Source: Utricularia gibba
Lineage: Eukaryota; Plantae; Magnoliophyta
Direction: 5' to 3'
Assembly (NCBI GenBank): GCA_002189035.1
Contig: CM007990.1
Location: 248,001 to 312,000, forward strand
Length of the DNA stretch: 64,000 nt
Numbering within the stretch: position 1 is the first letter of the stretch; the number at the start of each line of letters is the position of its first letter. The position numbers and the translations under genes were made by a program. Shown here one piece after another: positions 46,520-59,427 of the stretch. The notes below the pieces were generated by a model. It was not told the DNA's origin. It ran no database searches and worked only from the letters and a program-made list of their open reading frames with translations.

Positions 46520-49500
46520 ATGGTTGCGCTTGAAGCGGGTTCGTGCCTGGAACTTTCGCCGTTGCTTGTCGCGGAGGAGTGTTTATTAGCTGCGGAGGAA
46601 TCGGCGGAGCAAGTTCTCAACTGTGTTCAGCCCACTCTTGACTCGGAGGAGAGGAGGAGGGATGTGGTTGATTATATTCAGCATCTACTCAAAAGTCGTC
46701 TTCATTGTGAGGTCCTTTTTCTTCCTACCGTTGTTCTCATTGCGACGTCCTCTAGATTTGTAGGATCTGGGTAGAAATGTTCATGCAAGGTGCCCTTTTC
46801 AAGAATCCAGCCTTTTGCTCTCGTTTTTATTTCTTCTTATTCCCCATACTTCCGTTGGTAGAGAGATCTTAACTGATCAACCGTTTGATGAAACATGTAC
46901 TGGGTTTCGAAAGTTCAGCCGAAGAATAAAGCTTTTATTGATTCTTTAATGGCGGTTCAGTGTCTGAGCTTGAAACCCTGTCATCTGTCCCAGGTTGTGT
47001 CATATGGATCAGTGCCACTCAAAACATATCTACCCGAAGGAGATATTGATTTGACTGTGCTTAAGGGGCCTAATGCAGAGGAAACCTTGATCAATGACGT
47101 TCTTGCAGTGATACAGGAAGAAGAGAGGAACCAAAATTCTGAGTATGAAGTGCGGGAGACGCAGTTTATCGATGCTGAGAAGGTCTCTATCTCCTGATTC
47201 TTCACAAAATTCATATATAAGCTCTGAGTTCTATTTCTCATGTGATAAAGATAGATGCTTTCGTGGTTCCTGTGGCATGGTCTAATGGTGTTCAACTTAT
47301 ATCTGTCCTTCTCTGGATGACAGGTTAAATTAGTGAAATGCCTTTGTCGGAACATCACCATAGACATATCATGTAATCAATTAGGTGGCATTTCCACCCT
47401 CTGCTTCCTTGAGAAGGTTGGCAAATTTCATACCTGTCTGATGTGCTGGTTGATCACATTCGTTAGTGTAGCTTGTCTGGTGTGAGAGCATGAAACCTAA
47501 ACTTGACTTCTATCTTCTTGCTGGTTCAGGTCGACCAGTTCATTGGGAGGGGTCATCTCTTCAAGCGCAGCATCATCCTTGTCAAGTCTTGGTGCTATTA
47601 TGAAAGCCGTATACTTGGTGCACATCATGGCTTGATGTCTACCTATGCCTTGGAAATACTCGTCTTGTACATCTTCCACTTCTTCCATTCTTCGCTCGAC
47701 GGCCCCTTATCGGTAAATGGTTGCTAGTTATCCATGTTTGAGTTATGATATGATGAACTTATTGTATTCCACTATTATCATTTCATTCCTGCAGGTGCTC
47801 CATAGGTTCTTGAATTACTACAGCCAGTTTGATTGGGAGAATTATTGTGTAAGTTTGAAAGGGCCTGTTCGTAGATCGTCTTTGCCTGAAATAGTCGGTA
47901 AGTAATGCTCTGAAGTACACACATTGCTAATATACTGAGCCTCATTTCTGAGGAATCCTACCCCTTTCTACAGTCAGCATGGCTATAAAACCACCGGGTA
48001 GTCCATTGCTTAGTGAAGAGTTTCTGGAGAGCTGCATAGAAATGTTTTCCACCTATTGTAAGGAACAGGGTAACTCAAAACCATTGCAGATCAAGCACCT
48101 CAATATAATTGATCCGCTGCTGGAAAATAATAATTTGGGCCGCAGTGTAAACAGAGGTGAGAGATAGATTCATGGATTTCCAGCTGAGCTTCCTTGTATA
48201 TGTTCCCTGATGCAACCATGTTTTACTCCGATACGAAAATCGAAACATGTTCCTTTTGGACTATCAGTTTTGCTGACTCTGTTGTGCAGATGTTGTATGG
48301 CTTGCTCTGGAACTTATTTTCTCCAAGAATCATGAACGCATACTAACAGAACACTTCTTTGTACTAGGAAACTATTTTCGTATAAGAAGTGCACTGGAAT
48401 ATGGGTCTCATAAGCTTGAGCAGATCCTCTCCCGTTCCAAGGAAGAAGTTGTTGATGAGGTTCTGGGGTATTTTGCAAACACCGTTGGTCGGAATGGACA
48501 CCGGAATAGAAGCATCATCCAAATTCTAGCCCTTGATATTGATGATGAAGAAGAGTCTTTCACTGCAGGAGTTCCATCCCCTGCAGCATTATCCCACAAG
48601 GATGGCATGCTTCTAAATTCATACGGATTCGGTCCAGATAACGACAGTGTCTACTGGGAACCAGTTTCCAGTTCAAGTGTCACGGATGATTTAAGCAGCA
48701 GCTGCACAACGGGAGAAGGCCTCACAGAGCTAACATCTGGTTCTTGCTCCGGAGCCGAGGGGGCTGGCACCATATCCACCCTTGAGACATCTTTCTCAAG
48801 CTTGTGGTGTGGAGCTCTTGATGATGTATCCAGCAGTGACTGTAGTTTATACCCTTCTGAAGATCAGTTCTGTGTTGAGAATGGAAGCTTGGGCATCCCT
48901 GAAGGTGATCCTTTTTTGGGAAAAAGAAGTGCCAGTGTCGACCCCCATGACGACTGCTATGACGGTGCCTACACCAATGGTAGAGAACTGGGCACCATCA
49001 GCATAGATGAGGAATCTGAAGTTCTGGATGCTCTGGCTGATCTCACTGGAGATTATGATAATCATGTTCGGAGTCTCCTGCGTGGGCAGCTGTGCCATCG
49101 GTTTCCATCGGCCTCAAGCTTTCCCGGCATCCCTCTATCGGCATCATCCTCCTCCTCCTCCTCCAGGAGTCAAATGGATATCAATCCTCAGACAACATCC
49201 TCGAATACAATGACAGGTAGGGACGATTCTGTGCACGTTCCTCCTGATCGTGCTGCGGGTGATTCCCCATTTTCTGGTAGTTTTCTCCGGTATCAGTGGA
49301 ACCAGAAAGCACAGGGGATTGGGACATATTTCCCGAACACGGTGATCATTTCGTTGCCCCTCTTGCTGCCCTTGGCTGCTGTTCTTGAGTCCGTAATCAT
49401 TGGCTCGGTGTTCTGCAGAATGCTGTCAACTCAGGGCGGCCCTCACTTGGGATGATCATGAACAAGCTTCATGCTTCCCAGGAGTCCCTCCCACCCAAAG

Positions 49501-49747
49501 GTCATCGTCAAAAAACCACATCCCATGGGCGAAGTCGAAAATCGAACTTCAGAGGAAACAAAGAGCGATCACCCCCAGTGAAAGAGAGGTACGAAACAGA
49601 AGCAATTCAGATGGAATTTACAGTTTCCGAACAATGGCTTCGCCTGTTCTGTTTCTCATCTTTGAAAGGCGCAGGGCAATCCACCGGTTCAACGAAAGGG
49701 AGTTCCCTCCCCTGCCTTGTACACGAAACAAGTCTGTAACGGCATAA
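46520..49747 (+). CDS. Non-canonical nucleotidyltransferase (PAP/OAS1-type domain) with long low-complexity C-terminus
   Basis: YGSVPLKTYLPEGDIDLT catalytic motif, VKLVKCL, GHLFKRSIILVKSWCYYESRILGAHHGLMSTYALE, KHLNIIDPLLENNNLGRSV, DLTGDYDNH, GIGTYFPN, end EFPPL. Confidence 0.88.
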
Positions 49748-50134
49748 ATTTTTACCGAGGTGAGTTAGCTCTGCGACGACGAAAATGAGAAACGGCACGG
49801 CACAGTAGCAGTTGTTTTTTTTGCTTTCCTTCGATGTTTGTGCTTGCAACTTGAAATGCAACCCTTCGACGGAAAAATACAAGCGTTTCTCCTCCTTGTT
49901 TTGCGCGAGCTGACACCGGAAAACCGTTCATTTCAGAGCTTGCATCCATTTGCAATGGCGCCGGAGATTTCTCCGGCGGAATTAGTTACGCGTATTTCAC
50001 AGAGAGTAAATAGTGATTTTACAGAAAGCCCTTTAGTTAATGACAACTAGGCCCATAACATAAGCGGTGAAACCCATAAAAAGCCCATCTCCATAATCTC
50101 TCTCCTCGAGCACTGAATCATTTTCTGCGACTCC

Positions 50135-50734
50135 ATGGAGCGAGGGCATCAGGCGGAGGTGGAAATCTTGAGGCTTCGCTGGTTCAGATGATGAGTGAAC
50201 GTAGTCTTGCAGTTATGAAGTTGCGGGAGCAAACCGGTGAGTTCACGTAGCTTGTTTCTGCGATCGTTGATCGGTGTGTTCTTGGTGTCATCGGCGACTC
50301 TCGTTCGTTTGTTTCTTGGACGATTTCGAATTCTTCGGTTTGTGTTGTTTTCAGAAAAAGCTAAGAAAGAGGCGATCGGATCGGCGACACGCGTTTCGAA
50401 TTCGATTGTGAATGCCGTCAATGGTGGAGTTCAAGAGGTTTTCTTGAACGAAAAGCGAATTGAAATGGAGATTCGAACATTGGCGTCCACGATTTTGAAG
50501 TTCTCGAAGCAGACCGATCAATGGCTCGCTGCCTCTCATGCCATCAACGACGCTGTCAAGGTTAGGAGACAAGATTGGTTTTTGAAACCTTCGCTATCAG
50601 AGAATTTCATGAATATCGAATATCTCTCAAATGGTTGTTGACAGGAAATCGGAGACTTCGACAACTGGATGAAGACTATGGAGCTTGACTGTAAAAGCAT
50701 CACCACTGCAATCCGTAACATCCATCAAGTTTGA
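50135..50734 (+). CDS. BLOS1: BLOC-1 subunit 1 (GCN5L1 family; 3 exons; 1-nt shortfall near 50164)
   Basis: LEASLVQM..KLREQT-EKAKKEAI..VNGGVQEVFLNEKRIEMEIR..KQTDQWLAASHAINDAVK-EIGDFDNWMKTMELDCKSI. Confidence 0.92.
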
Positions 50735-51084
50735 CCGGATAGACAAAGCACTAATTTTGGATTGGGAGTTTTAGTTTCCTCATGAATCCAAGCTTGCCCT
50801 TCTTCTTGCCTTGTCATACCTTTAGAACGAAGAGAAGTCTAATGCTGTTATTTGTGCACGATAATGTGGGGAAGTGATGCTGAGAAAAAGGAGTTTTCTT
50901 AGGTTTTCATGTGCAAAAGAGGTGACCTTTTTGGGGCTTTTGACTCCATCTTTGGCCCAATGGCTTGTGCACAAGCAGCCCAGCAAAGAGAATGATGGAA
51001 CCAGCCACCATGAAACACTTGCAAAAGCCGTGTTTCAGAGCGTTTTGTAACCTGAAGTCTTCAGCCTCGGAGTTTGAACTAGAC

Positions 51085-53094
51085 ATGGCCATTTCTTCTC
51101 TGAGAATTCCAATTTCCCACTGGTGGAATGACCCATTGACCTCAAGCTTTCGCCTTTGCAACTCTTCCCGTCGTAGAGTAACTATTATCCGATGCGCAAC
51201 GTTTTGTTCGTCTTCTGCCTGCGTCACTACCGAGTTGCTTGCCCCTCCTGAGGCAGAACAGAAATGGATATCCATAAGAAAGAAGAAAGTCGTGATGCGT
51301 GTGGGTTACCTAGGTTCGGATTACAGAGGTCTGTTCATTTCTTTTTGGTGCTTTCGCTCTGGGATCAAAGAGTTACTTTCGCTGATACCCTTGTTCTGGT
51401 ACTTGAGCAGGTTTGCAGATTCAGAGGGATGAACACGCACTATCAAGTGAGAGTTTTGATGCTACTTTCTGTTGCAAATTTCCATGTTCATTGCAGGTTG
51501 ACTGAGCACGAAAATTTGGTTTTTGTAGCGATTGAAGGTGAATTAGAGAAGGCAATTTTTAAAGCTGGTGGGATAAGAGAAAGCAATTTTGGGGATTTGA
51601 ATAAAGTTGGGTGGGCTAGAAGCAGCAGGACTGATAAGGGAGTAAGTTCTCTAGTGTGATAAGATATAATGATTTGTCGTTATTTCTTATTCCACAATCA
51701 TCTTTATGCTAATCATATATTCAGGTTCATTCATTAGCTACAATGATATCCATGAAGATGGAGATCCCAGAATTTGCCTGGAATAATGATCCCAATGGCT
51801 TCGCTCTTGCTAGTCATGTTAATACCTTTCTTCCCCAAAACATCAGAGTTTTCAGCATCTTACCTTCACAGAGGTACAGATCTTTGAAAAGTTTATGTTG
51901 GATTGTTGATTTGTTGAAGTGCTTATACGTGTGTGCATATACCTCTTCTGCAAATCGATGCAAGTGAATGAAGAATGGGATTAAAACATCCATCCCTTAC
52001 CACAATGTATGTTCTTATGTCGAGTGGTGCCTTTCATGCAGGAGTTTCGATCCCCGAAAAGAATGTACCATTCGTAAATATTCATATCTTCTTCCAGCTG
52101 ACATTATTGGAATAAAAGATGATTTTGCAGTTGGTGAAGTTCAACGTCATTTATCAGCTTTCAATGATATATTAAGTAGTTTTGAGGTGAGCTCAATGCT
52201 GGACATGAATATATGTCGGATTCCAAGATCATTCTCATTGGGGTGCTTTTTTTTCCTGGTTGTTTCAGGGTGAACATCCATTTCACAATTATACTGTTCG
52301 ATCCAAATACAGAAAGCCTTCTCCTCATCGGGGCTCTGCTGGAAGGTCTGTATCAGGCAGGATTTTATCTTCCAATCCAAAAAGTGACTCCGACTCAGAA
52401 GAGGGTGATATTCAAGATAGCTCGAATGAACAGAGGCTTGGACTTCCTCCACGAGCTCGTTGGTTATTCGAACCTGATGAGAGTGACAGGATCGGGGCAT
52501 CGCATTTCCGGAAGATATTTCAGTGTCAGTGTGGAAGTTTGATGCATCTGTCCGGCTTGAACTACGTAGAGATATCCATTTGTGGAGAGTCATTCATGCT
52601 GCATCAGGTAAGTCTGCGTCTGATTTTCCACCCATTTGATGATCAACTTCCTCAACTTGCTCTCTTTCATCCCATCACAGATACGAAAAATGGTCGGAAC
52701 CGCCATCGCCGTGAAGCGAGGTTTACTTCCACACGATATCTTGCAGCTATCTCTGTTGAAATTCTCGCGCATCGTGCTACCTCTTGCTCCATCTGAGGTT
52801 CTTTTTCTTCGTGGAAACAATTTCGCCGTCCGGAAGCGCCCGGGAGACCTAAGGCCGGAAATGGTGGCACTGGTTGAATCACAAGAGATCCTCAAACTGG
52901 TCGACGATTTTTACCAGTCTGTGATGCTGCCTGAGTTGGGTAAGTTCCTTGACCCCCTCAAGCTCCCTTGGAACGAGTGGGTGCAAATACTTGATGAAAA
53001 CACTTCGATTCCTGAACATCAACTGGACCAAGTAAGAACTGCTTGGAGATCCTGGAAAGATGATTTTGGGAATCGAAAACAGAGAGACCTGTAA
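51085..53094 (+). CDS. tRNA pseudouridine synthase, TruA family (organellar-type N-terminus)
   Basis: [28 protein letters not shown] (catalytic Asp), [42 protein letters not shown]; start assigned to MAISSLRIP. Confidence 0.92.
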
Positions 53095-53270
53095 GAGATC
53101 AATAGATACTTCTCATTGCGGTATGGCGACTGATATATTACTTTTTTAACTGTGTTGACTCTGTCATATCTGAATTCATTGACGATGACGGCTTTTCAGG
53201 ATCCAAACTGCACGTTCCTTCAAAAGGGCTAATCGAACGATTAACAACACCTTGTTTGCCGCGTAGATTA

Positions 53271-54063
53271 ATGGGGAGAGCTCCTCCGCGATCCCCTCCG
53301 AGGAACTGCCGTCCGCCGCCACGCCTTATCTGGCGATCCCTTTTGACCTATTTGTAACCAAGAAATACAAGCGCCTGACGTTCCGAGGGGGCCTGAGGTT
53401 CACCGATTCAGATGGGAATTTGGTTTACCATGTTCAGAAATTAGATGGGAATTCACCAAATCCCAAAAAGAAGCTGCTTTTGGATTCACAAGGAAACACG
53501 CTTGTTTCCCTTCGCCAGTTGAATGTGAGTGAGATCGTTGGTTCTTACCGCTTTCGCTTTGCTTTTGCTTTTGTTATCTGAGACGATTCTGCTGCATTCA
53601 TGCGTTGACGTTATTTCCTCTTTCGCCTTAGAAAGGATCATGGGGCGGATTCAGGGGAAATGATCTGGAGGATTTGATGTTCACAGTGGAGAAAACCATC
53701 GACATGTTGAACCACAAGGAACTCAAAATCACGGTCGCTACCGGAAAAGATGATCATGACTCGAACACCGTGCTAGAGATGAGAGGCTCTCCTTTAAAGA
53801 GGTGCTGTACACTGTACAAAGGCGACTCCATTGTAGCTGAGGTACTTATCACTCTTCTTCAAAGCACGAAAATAATAGACCTTCTGATTCTCTTGGTTGT
53901 TTAATGTGCTCTGCAGACTAGTCTCATGTATAACCTGGGTTTCAAGAAGATGTTCGTTCCCAGAAGCCGGTTTCGCGTCACCATTTTTCCTGGTTTCAGT
54001 GACACAACCTTGGTTGCATCTCTTATCGTTTTGTATTTTGATGGAAGAAGATTGTTGATATGA
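53271..54063 (+). CDS. LURP-one-related (Tubby C-terminal-like) protein, 3 exons; 1-nt shortfall just after the ATG
   Basis: IPFDLFVTKK..LRFTDSDGNLVY..KKLLLDSQGNTLVSL, RGSPLKRCCTLYKGDSIVAE, TSLMYNLG..RFRVTIFPG..LVASLIVLYF. Confidence 0.87.
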
Positions 54064-54166
54064 ATCATGCATTGTTGTCATTGGTGGGATATACACTAAA
54101 ATGTTTGATCTTTTGGAATTCTGGAACCGTAAATTGATTGTTTGTTGTAGATTTCACAATCATTCA

Positions 54167-55694
54167 CTAAATGAAGAGAAAAATACAGAAGCTTATGAAC
54201 AGCTGAGAAACCGTCCATGGCAGAAAGTGAGGAGAATTGGAAGCCTTGATCCCGACAACGAACCTGCAACGGTCTACGGAGGGATCAACGGTGGTAAGCT
54301 GTCCCAGTCCAGAAAACTCGCAGCTTCCCACAGCCTGATCATGTTGCTGGTAGTAACTGTTGAAGGCATAGGAAACATTCCCGGCCAACTGAGATTGAAG
54401 CACGAGCTCCCCGGCGCCAGTGCGAGCAATCTGCTGCAGCACAAACGCCCATAGCGATGGAGCTTGCGTTGGACAGGTCTAGATTTCCGTTCGCCACGCA
54501 CCATCTGGCCTGAAGGTACTGCAAATCTCTCATGTTGGCTAGCTTCCGTGGCCCCTGCCCGAGATTGAGCTCGTACTTGGCCTGTCCGTCGAAGGTGAAG
54601 ATGCCCCAGTGCCTTTCGAAATCCCCATCGCCGGTGCTTCTCTTGTCTTCGTCGAAGAGGCTGGAGATGTAAATCTCCGATGGCTTTGACGCTGCTGATG
54701 AAATGGCGTCGAGGTGATTGATCAGTGCGCCGTTGAACTCTTGGGCTAGATCAGGAGTCGCGTTGAGAGCTCCGTCGCTCGGCCAGCCGGTTTCACCGAT
54801 AATGATTCCCATTTTGGGGAATCCGGCGGCGGAGAGGGCTGAGACGACGGCGTCGAATCTCAAGTCGAAGAGATTGGTGTAGTTCTTGTGAGTGTCGTTG
54901 ACAGGATGCGCTGTTTCTCTGAATAGCGCGAAGTCGAGGGTGAAATTAGTGTAGCTTGTGAAGGGAGAGACGGTGACGAAGAAGGGGGATTGGTGGCCGT
55001 TCAGGAACTTGAGGAGCTGAATCATGGTGGCGTTTATATCTCGCCGGAATCTGGCTTTTGAAGGGAGCCCGGATTCTGAAACCAAAGCATCCGAACTGCA
55101 GGGGAAGACAACTTTCACATTGTCTGCCAAATTGGCTTTCAACAGAGCTTTCTGGATATTCTCCGCCGCCCCGAGGACGAGGGGGTGAAATTCCGCGCGG
55201 TGGTTCCCGTGGAAGAGATCATCTCCGACGGCGATATAACTGCAGTTCAGTTAAAAAAACTCAAACCCGTAATGTGAATCGAAACTCTGAAGAAACAAAT
55301 AAATGAGAGCCAGAGGCGAACTCGAAGAGAAGCCTAGAAGAAGAGGCGGCGCCGGAGGAGATGAACTGAGTGACATTGTCGTGTACCCAATCCACGGCGG
55401 CTTTGAAGGAGGAATTGAGCGCGGGGAGCATGGAATTCGGAATGCCCAGAGTGACGGTGACACCGGAGCCATTGAGTGACCGGAGGATTTCCCGGTCTGC
55501 GTCAAGGAGCCTGACTTTGGGGATTCGATTGGATTTCAGCAACTGAGCCACCTTCTGCGGCGGAAGAGGATGCGTCGCCTCCGTGCCCCAGATCACGCCA
55601 ACCCCTCCGCCTCCACGGCGGCGAGCACAAGCACATTGACCGCCAGTAGGAGGAATCGGAACACCGCCGCGTGAATCCGCTTCGCGCACTCCAT
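54167..55694 (-). CDS. Glucan endo-1,3-beta-glucosidase, GH17 + X8 domain, probably GPI-anchored
   Basis: Signal peptide, GVGVIWGTEATHPLPP, YIAVGDD, IIIGETGWPSDG, YISSLFDED, FERHWGIFTFDGQAKY, X8 RWCVA..NVSYAFNSYYQ..CEFSGLG, hydrophobic tail; two single-G shortfalls near 54380 and 54420. Confidence 0.93.
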
Positions 55695-56510
55695 TTCACA
55701 GCCCGCCGCACCGCAGGCCCGTGGGCTGAAGAATGCCATAAATGCCTCCATACTCCTCCCTCGCCATAAATTATATATTTAATTAAAAGAAAATGATTTA
55801 GAAATTAATTTCTCAAAATTCACTCAATATTATTAAACACCAACCAAATGCAATCTAATTTTAAAAAACCTAATCTAATTACTAATATATTTATTAAAAT
55901 AATTCTAATAAAACGTAAACTATATATTTAAACATCATTTAAAGATAATTTAAAATAAAAATCATTAGTATTTGATAATAAAAATATTTCTAAAATATTA
56001 TAAAAACAAAAATTATTCCAAGCATAAAGGTGCAAAATGTTTAACCAAGCCCCTATATCAAATTGAATTTCTACTTGCTGCTCATCAACTTCTAATACAT
56101 TTCTGAAACATTGATCGAATCGTGATAACTATCGAAGGTTTTCGATTGTAAAGATGAGATATGTATATCTTAGAGGTTGTATTTTGGGAGAAGATTGAAA
56201 TAGCAAGGTGTATAATGTTGAAATAATTGAAATTCTTGGTTCCTAAGTCTTAGAGTAGGTGTGGGAGCATATTATAGCAATTAATAATAAGAAATAATTG
56301 GAAATTGGAAATTGGGAGGAGGCGGAGCGGGCAAGGGTTAAAAAGAGTTGCTTTGGGGAAAGCGAAGAGGCCCCCGCGAAACCGAAGAGCCTTACCGCTT
56401 TTCCTGCTTCGTCCTCCATTGTCGTCCTTCTGGGAATCTATGCACAGAATTCATTGATTCTGTGACTAAAAGGACTGATTTTGGGGGAGGGGTTTCCTTT
56501 TACAGGACCC

Positions 56511-57224
56511 ATGTGGCTGCGGCGATCGAATACCACCGTGCGCGTTCACAGCGCCTCGTCTCCGAAATTCGCTTGCTCTACCTTCAAGGATGTCCATGCC
56601 CTCCTCGCGGAAGAAGGGGCTGAGGGTTCGGGGGATGGTCTGGATTCGCCGTCGATTTGTCACCGCAGCCGGGCCGCGAAGACGCTGGCCCGTACCCTAT
56701 CGTCGTCCTCAACACCGGCACCGCATCTCAGAAACGAGGCCCAGATTTGGATGCCGGGGGCGGAGAAAACGGTGGTGGTCTACTTCACGAGCCTCCGCGT
56801 GGTGCGTCGCACATTTGACGATTGCGCGGCTGTCAGATCGATCCTGCGCGCTTTCCGTGTCCCAATCGACGAACGAGACGTGTCGATGGACTCGGGGTTC
56901 ATGGTCGAGCTCCAGAGGATTCTCGGGCTTTCCCAAAAATCGTCCTTGACTCTACCAAGAGTCTTCATCTGCGGTCGCTACATCGGCGGCGCCGACGAAA
57001 TCCGCCGCCTCCACGAGAGCGGCGAGCTGAAGAAGCACGTGGAGGGGCTACCGTCTGTGACCCCAGGCACGTGCGAGGTCTGCAATGGCTACGCATTCAT
57101 CCTTTGCCGAGATTGCAACGGGAGTCGCAAGTGCTACAGCCACAAATCCGGCTTCCGGAGCTGCACCTCCTGCAACGAAAACGGTCTCCTCAGGTGCCCA
57201 TCTTGCTTCCCCTCACACTTCTGA
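56511..57224 (+). CDS. Glutaredoxin-like protein with C-terminal CxxC repeats (At5g39865-like)
   Basis: VVVYFTSLRVVRRTFDDCAAVRSIL, DERDVSMD, LPRVFICGRYIGGADEI, CEVCNGYAFILCRDCNGSRK..CTSCNENGLLRCPSC. Confidence 0.93.
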   Translation: MWLRRSNTTVRVHSASSPKFACSTFKDVHALLAEEGAEGSGDGLDSPSICHRSRAAKTLARTLSSSSTPAPHLRNEAQIWMPGAEKTVVVYFTSLRVVRRTFDDCAAVRSILRAFRVPIDERDVSMDSGFMVELQRILGLSQKSSLTLPRVFICGRYIGGADEIRRLHESGELKKHVEGLPSVTPGTCEVCNGYAFILCRDCNGSRKCYSHKSGFRSCTSCNENGLLRCPSCFPSHF

Positions 57225-59216
57225 ACTCCTCCATTAACTTAGATTTCATGGGCCCTAATCACTTTTAGCTTATCCGTGATGATGTAACTTTATCTAATCA
57301 AACTCCTGTACAACTCTTCGACTACTACTTGCAATTGTAAAAGTAGTGGAGAAGAATCAAACTACATAAAGTGGATCTCAATGTTTGTTGGTGGTGATTC
57401 CATTATTGAGGTTCTGTTTGTTACTGTGATCCGAATGTCCTCTGCTACTGTTACTCCATCCCCACCTCCCTTATGCTTCCTTTACTGTCTTCAGAAGCGT
57501 TGCTGCCCATTTGGGGCACTGGTTGTATTATTGGTTGGCCTCTGGTTCTCTTCATGTTAGACTTCTGTACTGTTTTCATACAGAGACGTGCTTGATTATA
57601 AGCTGCCTTCAGTTATCTTGAGAATCGATCTTGTTATTGCTTTATTAGAACGTAGAAGGTTATCTATGCTTAAGAGGTGGGAAAGACAGAAGCTTTACGA
57701 GGTATGGAAGCAGCCCAAAGATTCCACAGCATATGCCCGGTCTTGGCTTCGCGAAGATTCTGTAGGAAACTCGTCTGCACTGACCCTGCAGTCGTAGAAA
57801 GCCCAACTACGAAAGGTTTCCGGCCCGTAGGTTAACAAGTCGGCCCAAAAAGATGTTATTGTAGAAATGGCTTGTTTTCCGTCAAGAAGGCATTTCTGGT
57901 CGGCGATTGGATCCGGTGGCTCACCTGAAGGAGATAGACGATGCATTGTCGTCGACATCGAAGCAGGTGTTCTGTGGGGTTTGGGGTTATCGCCTCTGTA
58001 TTCGTAGGGGGGGGTTTGGCCTGGGGTTCAAGATTCCTTGTATGTTGTGTATCTGTGTTGATGCTTCATCGGGCAGCGGGGAACAGATCCATCGGCTCCG
58101 CCCGATTCCAGAAGATGACTGCAGAGAAAAATGCGTGCCCTTGAGATTTCATCGACAAGGAATTGAGAAGAAGCACTCCTGCGGCGTCTGAGAACCCCTC
58201 AGAAGCGTAGCTTCTTTACAAGTTCATTCCTTAAAAGCTGATATGAGGCCTCGTTTCCGAGAGACCTTAAGATGCTGCGATTCTTCCACGTTTGGGGTCA
58301 AACAATGACTCATTCACTGCACCTGTACTGTGCTGTACCTGGCATGGCAGCTCAGACGCCAACATCATCTGTTTAGATGACGTTCGGATAAGAATCCCCT
58401 CCTCCCATCCTCACACCAATAAACTTGCGAATGTCAGGCAGCCAGTGCCATGTCCCCCTGACTCGGATCCTCATCATCCTCTTCACCTCGTCCGTACACC
58501 CAACTCCTCAGTTCCTCTTCTATCCTCACTTGTCTCTGTCTGGGGCTGCCTCGAATTCATTGCATTTCGCCACACACAGAGACAGACACGAACAAGGGAG
58601 TGGGACTGAATCCATCCTACGTGAAGGTGGTTGAAGCAGGATTGTCCACTCTCCTAGTGTAGCCCCCATGAAAAGGGACTACACGCCAAGCAACACGACA
58701 AAGCAAGCAGCGCACACCCCCATCTCACCCCAATTCCCATTATTTTTAATAAACTACAATTACTGCATCAAGTAGACAGACCAAACAAGGAACACAAGAC
58801 AACTCAGCCACACCCCCCCACGTGTTCCCAAATCATTGGCGCTGCTCTGCTCCTCCTCCACAAGTACGGATATTTGTAATATAAAAATCCCAATATTTGT
58901 AATAAATCACCTTCCGATCACGTGCCCGGTTCATCACTGATATTCACACCCAACTGGATGGATTGCCCCACACCTCCTCGGTCCCCAATTAGTGATGCAA
59001 CATTTTGAAATATGCGGATAATATCCACCGTATGTAATATAATATGCTTTTTTTATTTTTTAACAATAAAAAAGACATAAATACTTAATTATGAGTATAA
59101 AATTTAAATAATATCTATTTTATAATTGAAGGCCTATGCCCGGGATGCTATCGAGTATGTTTAATCTCCACCGTTAAAGACAAGTCTACCGTTTCAAGAT
59201 TTAGACCGAAATGTTA

Positions 59217-59427
59217 GGATGTGTTTGGGTATCACTTCAAAAAATAATTTCAAAAAATTGATTTTAGAATCACTTCATTTTTTTCGGAGCAGAGGTATAC
59301 CAACTTTTAAAAAAATCAAAACAATTCATTATTTCAACTTCATGTGAAACAGAAATAACACGTGTTTTGTCTGAAAATCAATTCTATAAATGCTTCTATT
59401 GAAGCATAAGCTGTACCAAACAAACTC
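59217..59427. mobile_element. Tourist-like (PIF/Harbinger) MITE, 211 bp
   Basis: TTA on both sides (59214-59216, 59428-59430); left end ggatgtgtttgg versus reverse complement of right end gagtttgtttgg (9/12); AT-rich interior. Confidence 0.65.
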
